Positions 24,198 to 32,000 of a DNA stretch of 32,000 bases are shown one piece after another. The stretch is from Tannockella kyphosi. Lineage in GTDB: Bacteria; Bacillota_I; Bacilli_A; Erysipelotrichales; Coprobacillaceae. The notes under the pieces were generated by a model. That model saw only the letters and a list, made by a program, of their open reading frames with translations, was not told the origin of the DNA and ran no database searches. A program made the position numbers and the translations under genes. The stretch lies in the NCBI RefSeq assembly GCF_021054785.1, contig NZ_CP088239.1, positions 1,530,001 to 1,562,000 of the forward strand. Reading direction: 5' to 3'. Positions within the stretch are counted from its first letter, which is position 1. Each line of letters starts with the position of its first letter.

Positions 24198-25274
24198 ATC
24201 TACAATTTGATTTCTTCCTTGTTGCTTGGCACTATATAATGCCGCATCTGCTCTATCTATACAATCGCTAAAACTCTCTGATACCTCTAATTGAGCTATT
24301 CCTATGCTAACTGTTTTCGTGTCCCCTCCAGGTAATAATAAACGATCTTCTGTCATACAACGAATTCTTTCTGCAATCGCAATTCCTTTTTCTTTTTTAG
24401 TATCTGTTAAAATAACCAAAAACTCTTCACCACCATATCGTATAACCATATCTTTTTTTCTAGTACATGATTTCAATATATCTGCAAACTTTTTAATAAC
24501 TCCATCCCCTACAGTATGACCAAATGTATCATTTACATCTTTAAAATGATCTAAATCAGCCATTAATACCGTAATATTTATATTTTGATGTTGAAAATCA
24601 CTATCTATTTTCTTAGAAATATCATCTACTACTCGTCGATTATATAAACCAGTTAAATAGTCTTCTCTCATCATCTTTTTTATTTTTTCATTCGCAACTT
24701 CTAATTGTGCTACATTTTCATTGATTTCATTTCTTAATTTCTTTTGAATTGAAATATCTACTATTTCTCCAACTAATCCTTTTTCATCTGTACTATTAAC
24801 TTGAAATCCTTTTGACCAATATAAAGAATCCCCTTTTTCTCCACCAGGTAATTCAAAACTAATTTCATAGTGTAAAGTTTCACCTGTACTTATTAATTTT
24901 AAATCTTCTTCTTGGTAACGAACACGATCACTTATTGGTAAAAAATCCAAATCTAAAACAGACTTATTTAAATAGTCTTCTCTTTCCATTCCAAAATATT
25001 TTGAATATTTTGGATTAAAATAAACAAACTCTCCCGTTTTGTTTTTAATAAAAATAGGATTTGGCAAAGCATCTAAGGAAGCTTCATAGAAACTACTTTT
25101 ATATTTACTTTCTATCAATTCTTTTTCCAATAGTTTATTTTGTTTCAAAGAAGTTATTATGTTTTTTTGTAAGTCATTCGATTTCTTTATTAATTCTTGT
25201 TTGACTTCTTCATCTAAGTCAGCAATATCAATATAGTCTATCAATTCTTGTAATTGTCTTGATAAATCTTCCAT
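24195..25274 (-). CDS. diguanylate cyclase: coiled-coil, PAS and GGDEF domains
   Basis: 359 aa. A PAS-like segment (LDALPNPIFIKNKTGEFVYFNPKYSKYFGM..). The GGDEF domain has the active site GGEEF and an RxxD I-site (RKKD) five residues upstream. Confidence 0.88.
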   Translation of the reverse strand: MEDLSRQLQELIDYIDIADLDEEVKQELIKKSNDLQKNIITSLKQNKLLEKELIESKYKSSFYEASLDALPNPIFIKNKTGEFVYFNPKYSKYFGMEREDYLNKSVLDLDFLPISDRVRYQEEDLKLISTGETLHYEISFELPGGEKGDSLYWSKGFQVNSTDEKGLVGEIVDISIQKKLRNEINENVAQLEVANEKIKKMMREDYLTGLYNRRVVDDISKKIDSDFQHQNINITVLMADLDHFKDVNDTFGHTVGDGVIKKFADILKSCTRKKDMVIRYGGEEFLVILTDTKKEKGIAIAERIRCMTEDRLLLPGGDTKTVSIGIAQLEVSESFSDCIDRADAALYSAKQQGRNQIVD

Positions 25275-25533
25275 AACTACTCCCCTTTTCTAATATACTA
25301 ACTATATCACAAAGTTTATACTTTTTCCTTATTTTTCAACGTTTTTAATAATATCATCTTTTTAAAGATAAATAAATTATCTATACCTTCATAAATAATT
25401 AGTTTATAATTTTTGTTTGATAGGCTTCATTTTTTCAAAAATGTTAAAAGCAAATAGTTCTAACAAGAGTCGCATCATCTGGTTTTCAAACAATAAAATT
25501 ATAAATATAATAAAACCTTTCTATATTATGCAA

Positions 25534-25558
25534 CAAAAAAACCTAACCGAAGTTAGGC
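25534..25558 (-). terminator. opp operon terminator (overlaps the oppF stop codon)
   Basis: Minus strand CCTAAC-ttcg-GTTAGG followed by TTTTTTT. Confidence 0.75.
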
Positions 25559-26479
25559 TTTTGTCCATTCTGCTAATTCTTCTGGAGTAGCAAGAACTTT
25601 ATGAGTTCCTTCTACTACATGTTGAGTACCTAAATTATAATCAATACCACTAGTATCATAGTCATATGATAGCGATACTCTTGTTTTTTCTACTCTAGGA
25701 TTTGGAGTAGGAATGGCACTTAATAATGATTTTGTATATGGGTGAATCGGGTTAGAGAATATTTCTTCTGTTGTTCCACTTTCTACTAAATGACCTAAAT
25801 GTAATACCCCAATATGATCAGAAATATATTTAACCATTGATAAATCATGTGCAATAAATAAGAAAGCAGTATTTGTTTCTTTTTGAATCTTTTTCATAAG
25901 ATTTACTACCTGTGCTTGAATTGATACGTCTAAAGCTGAAATAGCTTCATCTGCAATAATTAAGTCAGGATTCATAATAAACGCACGAGCAATACCAATA
26001 CGTTGTCTCTGTCCACCTGAGAACTGATGAGGATAACGTGTTGCATGTTCTTTCGATAAACCAACTAATTCTAAGATATCATATACTTTTTGATCTCTTT
26101 CTTCTTTGGTTGCACAAATTTTATGAATATCTAAACCTTCTGCAATAATATCTAACACTCTTTTTCTAGGGTTTAAACAAGCCATTGGATCTTGGAAAAT
26201 CATTTGCATTTTCGTACGTAATAACTTTACTTCTTTTTGAGTTAAGTTACCTGAAATGTTTTCACCATTAAAAATAATATCCCCTTCTGTTGGTTTATAT
26301 AAACGAATAATACTACGTCCAGTAGTAGATTTCCCTGAACCAGATTCCCCTACTAAACCATAAGTTTGTCCTGGCATAATTTCAAAAGAAATTCCATCTA
26401 CTGCTTTAACCGTAAATTTACGAGATATTTTAAAATGTTGTTTTAATCCTTTTACTTCTAGGATAGGTTTTTGTTCCAT
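25553..26479 (-). CDS. oppF: oligopeptide ABC transporter ATP-binding protein OppF
   Basis: Walker A [9 protein letters not shown], signature FSGGQRQR, Walker B [12 protein letters not shown]. It is the last gene of the ABCDF order. Confidence 0.9.
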   Translation of the reverse strand: [308 protein letters not shown]

Positions 26480-26480
26480 T

Positions 26481-27560
26481 TTATAAACCCTCCTTTTTCA
26501 TTTTTTCTAAACGAAGTTTTAAAGATTTAGGCATTTCTACTTTAGGAGCATTTGGATGCATTAACCAAGTAGCTACTTGATGAGTTTTTGATCCTTCTAC
26601 GTTAAACATAGGAGGTTCAATACGATAATCAATATTTAATGCGAATTCATTTCTAGGTGCAAAAGCATCTCCATCTACTCTTTCAGCAAGATTAGGTGGT
26701 GTTCCTGGAATTGCATATAATTGTTCATCATCTGTATCTAAATCAGGCATTGCTGATAAAAGACCCCAAGTATAAGGATGACGTGGATCATAATAGATTT
26801 CGTCAATTTTACCTGTTTCTATAATTTTTCCTGCATACATTACATTGACATAGTCAGCAACTTTCGCTACTACACCTAAATCATGTGTAATATAAATAAC
26901 AGAAATACCTTTTTTTCTTTGAATTTCTTGAATTAATTCAAGAATTTTAGCTTGAATAGTTACGTCTAATGCTGTTGTTGGTTCATCACAGATTAGAACA
27001 TAAGGATCACAAGATAATGCAATAGCAATAACAATACGTTGTCTCATCCCACCAGATAATTGATGAGGATAGTTTTTCATACGTTTTTCTGCATCTGTAA
27101 TACCTACTAATTCTAATAGTTCTAAAGATTTTTCATAAGCTTCTTCTTTTGTTTTATTGTAGTGGTAAATCATTGGTTCCATTACTTGTTTTCCAATTGT
27201 CATTGTTGGATTTAATGATGTCATTGGATCTTGGAATACCATTGCTATTTTACGACCACGAATTTCCTTTTGTAACATATCTTCTGATATTTTTGTAATA
27301 TCACAAGTTTTTTCTTCTCCAGTAAATTCATCTTCCCAATAATAATCAATTGAACCACTGTCAATCGTACCATTTCCAGCTAAAATACCCATAATAGCCT
27401 TTGTAGTAACTGATTTACCAGAACCTGATTCACCTACTATTGCAATAGTTTCTCCCTTATAAAGATCTAGATTTACTCCACGAATCGCACTAATACTACC
27501 GCTATCTGTTTTAAAAGAAATGTTAAGATCACGGATTTTTAATATTTTTTGTTTTTCCAT
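26481..27560 (-). CDS. oppD: oligopeptide ABC transporter ATP-binding protein OppD
   Basis: Walker A [9 protein letters not shown], signature LSGGMRQR, Walker B [11 protein letters not shown], plus the C-terminal oligopeptide-ABC extension. Confidence 0.9.
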   Translation of the reverse strand: [359 protein letters not shown]

Positions 27561-27563
27561 CTT

Positions 27564-28490
27564 CTACATCTCCTTCATTGTTGGGTCAAATGCATCTCTA
27601 AGACCATCTGCTAATAAGTTAAAGCTTAACATTAAGATTGCTAATACAATAACTGGAATTATTACCATGTATTGGTAAATAAGAATTGAATCAAACCCAG
27701 AATTAATCAATGATCCTAATGACGCTGTTGGTGCAGGAATACCTAAACCAATGAACGCTAAGAACGCTTCATAGAAAATCGCACTTGGAATAGAAAACAT
27801 TGACATAATAATTAATTGACTAAAAATATTTGGTAAAATATTTTTAAAGATAATGAATAATCCCCCGGCTCCTAATGTTTTAGAAGCTAATACAAATTCT
27901 TCTTCTTTTATTTTTAATACTTGAGCACGTGTAATACGACTCATACCAATCCAACCTGTTAACATTAATGCGATAATAATTGTTGTTAATGAGGCATTCA
28001 TAATAATTAATAATAAAGTTAAAATAACTAATGAAGGAATTGAACTAACAATTTCTTGGAAACGTTGCATCACCATATCCACTTTTCCACCAAAATATCC
28101 ACTAATAAGACCATAAACCATCCCAAAGCAAATATCGATAATTACAGCAGTAGCAGCAACAATTAACGAAATACGAGTCCCAATCCACACACGTGTCCAA
28201 AGGTCACGACCTAATACATCCGTACCAAACCAGTGTTCACTATTTGGAGCAATAGAACGAATAGAAGTATCTACTAAATCATATCTCCATCCTGAAACCA
28301 TAGGTGCAACAATAGACATAATAATAATGATAATAATCATTATTCCTCCAAGACAAGCACCTTTATTTTGTTTTAATCTTTTCCAGAAATCACTCATAAA
28401 GGAAGCTACTGGAAGTGCTTTTTCATGATAAATATCGTGTTTATCACCAACAAACTCGAAATCATCTTCTAAAAATTTATATTCTTCCAT
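27564..28490 (-). CDS. oppC: oligopeptide ABC transporter permease OppC
   Basis: 308-aa BPD_transp_1-type permease with an OppC-like N-terminus. Confidence 0.88.
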   Translation of the reverse strand: MEEYKFLEDDFEFVGDKHDIYHEKALPVASFMSDFWKRLKQNKGACLGGIMIIIIIIMSIVAPMVSGWRYDLVDTSIRSIAPNSEHWFGTDVLGRDLWTRVWIGTRISLIVAATAVIIDICFGMVYGLISGYFGGKVDMVMQRFQEIVSSIPSLVILTLLLIIMNASLTTIIIALMLTGWIGMSRITRAQVLKIKEEEFVLASKTLGAGGLFIIFKNILPNIFSQLIIMSMFSIPSAIFYEAFLAFIGLGIPAPTASLGSLINSGFDSILIYQYMVIIPVIVLAILMLSFNLLADGLRDAFDPTMKEM

Positions 28491-28493
28491 CTA

Positions 28494-29438
28494 CTAATCC
28501 CCCTTCCCTAAACGGATTCTAGGATCAATAATACCATAAGAAACATCTATTACTAACATCATAACTACATATAATAAGCTATATACAAAAGAAACAGCCA
28601 ATACTACATTATAATCATTTACAGTAATACCAGTAACTAATAATGTACCTAATCCAGGAATTGAGAATATTTTTTCCAAAACCATAGAACCAGTCATTAA
28701 GTTGACAAGAATAGGTCCTAAAACCGTAATAACAGGAATTAACGTATTACGAATTGCATGTTTACGAATTACAGTTCCACGATCTAATCCTTTTGCTTCT
28801 GCTAATGCGATATAATCACTACCCAAGACAGCAATCATTTCAGAACGTGTAAAACGTGCAATATTCGCAATAACCCCAAAAGATAGTGCAATTACTGGTA
28901 AAATCGATGATCTAATAACCTCACTCGATTTATATATAACTGGGAAAAACGAAAAGTTAACCCCAAGCACTAATAACAACAATAAACCAATTACAAATGA
29001 AGGTACACTAACCCCCATAACTGCAAAAATAGTAGCTAAACTATCCCAAATAGTATTTCGATGTAATGCCGCAAAAACACCAAGACCAAAACCAATACCA
29101 GTCCCAAAAATTACAGCAGCAATCCCAATACCAAAAGAAATAGGAATTCTAGGTAACACTAATAATGATACAGGATAGTTTTTAGAAATACCATAAGAAG
29201 TACCAAAATCACCTGACATCATGTTTTTAATATATGTGATAAATTGGACAAAAATTGGCTTATCCAAACCATATTGCGCATAAATAGCAGCCATTTGTGC
29301 TTCCGTTAATTTTTCATCATTAAATGGAGTACCTGGCATAAGTTTTAACATCAGGAATAGTATCGCTAATACAACAACTACCGTTATTACAGCTATTACT
29401 AATCGCTTCCCAATGAACTTCATCGTCGATTTGCTCAT
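28494..29438 (-). CDS. oppB: oligopeptide ABC transporter permease OppB
   Basis: 314-aa permease with a typical OppB/DppB start (..RLVIAVITVVVVLAILFLMLKLMPG.P). Confidence 0.88.
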   Translation of the reverse strand: MSKSTMKFIGKRLVIAVITVVVVLAILFLMLKLMPGTPFNDEKLTEAQMAAIYAQYGLDKPIFVQFITYIKNMMSGDFGTSYGISKNYPVSLLVLPRIPISFGIGIAAVIFGTGIGFGLGVFAALHRNTIWDSLATIFAVMGVSVPSFVIGLLLLLVLGVNFSFFPVIYKSSEVIRSSILPVIALSFGVIANIARFTRSEMIAVLGSDYIALAEAKGLDRGTVIRKHAIRNTLIPVITVLGPILVNLMTGSMVLEKIFSIPGLGTLLVTGITVNDYNVVLAVSFVYSLLYVVMMLVIDVSYGIIDPRIRLGKGD

Positions 29439-29460
29439 TTTTTACCTCCTATAAAAATAT

Positions 29461-29493
29461 AAACACATAGTAGCTTTTGACTATTATGTGTTT
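29461..29493 (-). terminator. intercistronic hairpin between oppA and oppB (partial terminator / mRNA stabiliser)
   Basis: 13-bp stem AAACACATAaTAG / CTActATGTGTTT with one mismatch, then a T-rich stretch. Confidence 0.45.
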
Positions 29494-29529
29494 ATAAATG
29501 TTTCAATCTGACTTTTTAATAAATCTAGA

Positions 29530-31140
29530 CTATTCTACGATAGCTAAATTTTTGTAAACGTATGATACACCAACTGCATGTGTTTCAATACCTGTTACAC
29601 TTGAAGAAATTAATGAAGCACCACCTACTTGGAAAATAGGGATAACTGGTAAGTCTTCCATCATAATTGCTTCAGCATCTTTTAAATATTGCCAACGTTC
29701 TTCATCTGTATCAGCAGCTGCAGCATTATCTAAAGCAGTATCATAAGCATCATTAGAATATCCACCGTAGTTATAAGCACCACCAGTGATATACATATTT
29801 AAGTAAGTAGTTGGATCTGCATAGTCAGGTCCCCAACGAGTTAATACCATTTGGAAATCAACATCTTTTTGTAATTCAATACGAGCTTCTTTAGTTTGCA
29901 TATTCATAGAAATAGTTAAACCTGGTAAAGCTTCTTGTAATTGAGATTGTAAATATTCAGCAGCACTTAAAGCAGGGTCTGCATTTTCATATAATAATTC
30001 AATAGTGATTTCTTCACCTAACTCATCTTGAGCTAATTCCCAATAATAAGCAGCTAAGTCTAAATCTTGTTCAAAGTAAACATCAGCAGTATCACGGTAA
30101 TCTTCACCATCTGGTCCTGTTGATAAATCATAAGGAACGAATCCATCAGCAACGATAGAACCATCTTGTAATACGTTTTCACATAAATCTTCATTGTCTA
30201 ATGCATAAGCAATAGCCATACGTAAGTTATAGTTTCCAGCAACTTCATCATATAAGTTGAATTGGAAATACCATAAGTAACCTTCTAATACAGAAGTAAA
30301 TTCATCTGAATCTTGATATAAACTAATTAAATCTGAACTAACTTTAGTGAAATCAACTTCTTCAGCTTCAAATGCAGTAACACTTGAAGAAACTTCAGCC
30401 ATGATTTGAATTTCAAAACCATCAACTTGTACAGCTTCAGCATCCCAATAAGTTTCACTTGTAGTGAAAGTTAATGAAGAACCTTTTTCCCAAGAAGTTA
30501 ATGTATATGGTCCACAAGAAATTAAATTTTCTGGAGTTAAACCATAATCACCATCTTGAGCATCATAGAATTCTTCGTTAATTGGATAGAATACTGGGAA
30601 TGTCATTAAGCTTAAGAAATATGGTGTATCTTGAGATAATGTAACTTCTAAAGTTAAATCATCAACAGCTACAACACCTAATTCAGCACTAGTATCTCCA
30701 TCATAAAGAATTTCATCAGCACCTGCAATAGCAGCACCATCAGTAGTAAATAAGTAAGCATATTCACAATCAGCAGAGTTAATTCCTCCGTTCCAAGCAA
30801 ATACGAAGTCAGCAGCAGTAACTTGTGTACCGTTTGACCAATAAGCTTCTCTTAAATAGAAAGTGTAAACTAAACCGTCATCACTTACATCATAAGATTC
30901 AGCTAATGAAGCAATGATGTTACCATCAGCATCTTGATCCATTAAACCATCAATAGTAGCATGGATCGCTGCAAATGAATCACCATCTGTAGCATACATT
31001 GAATCCATTGAAATTACGTCATTTTCTTTAGCAATAGTAACCCAAGCTCCATCATCTGTAGAAGCTGTGTCGTCACTAGAACACCCAACTAATGAAAATG
31101 CCATTGTTGCAAAAGCAACCATAGTAATAAATTTTTTCAT
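29530..31140 (-). CDS. oppA: oligopeptide-binding lipoprotein OppA (SBP family 5)
   Basis: 536 aa with lipobox LVGC and SBP_bac_5-like sequence. It is the first gene of the operon. Confidence 0.88.
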   Translation of the reverse strand: MKKFITMVAFATMAFSLVGCSSDDTASTDDGAWVTIAKENDVISMDSMYATDGDSFAAIHATIDGLMDQDADGNIIASLAESYDVSDDGLVYTFYLREAYWSNGTQVTAADFVFAWNGGINSADCEYAYLFTTDGAAIAGADEILYDGDTSAELGVVAVDDLTLEVTLSQDTPYFLSLMTFPVFYPINEEFYDAQDGDYGLTPENLISCGPYTLTSWEKGSSLTFTTSETYWDAEAVQVDGFEIQIMAEVSSSVTAFEAEEVDFTKVSSDLISLYQDSDEFTSVLEGYLWYFQFNLYDEVAGNYNLRMAIAYALDNEDLCENVLQDGSIVADGFVPYDLSTGPDGEDYRDTADVYFEQDLDLAAYYWELAQDELGEEITIELLYENADPALSAAEYLQSQLQEALPGLTISMNMQTKEARIELQKDVDFQMVLTRWGPDYADPTTYLNMYITGGAYNYGGYSNDAYDTALDNAAAADTDEERWQYLKDAEAIMMEDLPVIPIFQVGGASLISSSVTGIETHAVGVSYVYKNLAIVE

Positions 31141-31494
31141 TCTCTTTTTTCCCCTTTTCCCTCAATCTAGTGTATACATACGTCTTATCCCAAAATTGTA
31201 TACAACTAAATTTTGTATGACACTATAATCGCACACTGATAAAAAAATGTCAATACAATTATTACACTTTTATGAACAATTTTGTTAAATAGTATACTAG
31301 ACATTGTGTGATTTATAAATATCCTAAATATATATCCAAATAATAATTAAATGTATACAAAGTAATACATTTTATATTATTGTTTTTTTATTAATACAAC
31401 TTATTGTGGGTAAATAATAGACTATTTTGTTATAAATTTATTGTTTTTTAGTTATTTACTCCATTTTTGTTAAACATCTATTTTATCGTTATAT

Positions 31495-31545
31495 ATAAAA
31501 AAGATAATAAACACTTATCTCAATGGATAAGTATTTATTATCTTA
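31495..31545 (-). terminator. intrinsic terminator of the upstream peptide-ABC ATPase gene
   Basis: 19-bp arms AAGATAATAAAtACTTATC / GATAAGTgTTTATTATCTT, then TTTT on the minus strand. Confidence 0.75.
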
Positions 31546-31552
31546 TGTTTTA

Positions 31553-32000
31553 TTACAAATGGTGACAAGCAACGAGATGATCTTTTGCAACTTCTTGTAA
31601 AACAGGCTTTTCTGTTAAACAACGATCTGTTACACGGCTACATCTTCCTGCAAAAGGACAACCTGCCGGTAAATTAATTGGACTTGGTACATCTCCTTGT
31701 AATATAATTCTTTCTTTTTGTTTTTCTAAAGTTGGATCAGGTACTGGTACAGCTGATAACAACGCTTGTGAATAAGGATGTGTTGCATGAGAATAAACAA
31801 CTTGTGCAGGTCCTATTTCAACAACATGCCCTAAATACATAACTACTATACGATCTGAAATATAACGAACGATATCTAAGTCATGAGCAATAAATAAATA
31901 AGTTAATCCTAATTCTCTTTGTAAATCTCTTAGTAAGTTGATAATTTGAGACTGAATAGAAACATCTAACGCTGATATAGGTTCATCACATACTAAGAAT
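31553..32000 (-). CDS. dipeptide/oligopeptide ABC transporter ATP-binding protein (OppF/DppF-like), 3' part; gene continues beyond the right edge
   Basis: The track ORF starts at an internal Met. The same frame stays open to base 32000 (..[55 protein letters not shown]..). The C-terminal Cys-rich oligopeptide-ABC tail is present. Confidence 0.85.
   Translation of the reverse strand, partial: [148 protein letters not shown]

Noticed and set aside
25275-25552. Intergenic region upstream of the GGDEF gene, scanned for repeats or structured RNA
   Set aside because: Only short (6-bp) inverted repeats typical of AT-rich spacers were found. Nothing can be supported.
31141-31552. CodY box, T-box or other known leader upstream of oppA
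   Set aside because: I could find no convincing match to AATTTTCWGAAAATT. I also found no T-box specifier or antiterminator motifs. Only the TGTATACA palindromes stand out.

Overview
The window is an AT-rich chromosome segment of the low-GC Firmicutes type. This rests on AGGAGG-type RBSs, lipoprotein boxes, an oppABCDF gene order and an S-box-like leader. The taxon cannot be proven from here, though the gene content resembles gut Erysipelotrichia or Clostridia. Almost everything is coded on the minus strand.

Left edge: a truncated GDPD phosphodiesterase gene, uppP, and a small unknown ORF behind an S-box-like leader.

An intact tRNA-Arg(CCT) lies at 2043-2117. Its 3' half, starting at the anticodon, is repeated in direct orientation at 4072-4106 and 16919-16955. 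This delimits two tandem island-like segments that contain no recombinase.
- Segment 1 (about 2 kb) holds one gene, a Schlafen/AlbA_2-HATPase_c_4-wHTH protein behind a triple palindromic operator.
- Segment 2 (about 12.8 kb) holds intact cargo: a marR-MATE-ABC-ABC efflux operon, an OYE/FAD enoate-reductase-like enzyme and small unknown genes.
- Segment 2 also holds many decayed elements: an IS3 transposase stub, a parE-type toxin pseudogene beside an intact dinJ/relB antitoxin, a truncated mgtE, a chimeric AAA_14 / cytidylate-kinase-like ORF, and a DUF3990 gene with an internal deletion between two DUF3791 genes.

Right of the distal repeat: a 1539-aa beta-helix surface protein with an acidic stalk and a C-terminal three-helix membrane anchor, a GH43-like hydrolase, a lipoprotein amidase, a PAS-GGDEF cyclase, a complete oppABCDF operon, and the 3' end of a second peptide-ABC ATPase gene.

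No rRNA, CRISPR array or intact mobile element was seen. All calls come from reading and hand translation, so hairpin and motif coordinates may be off by a few nucleotides.
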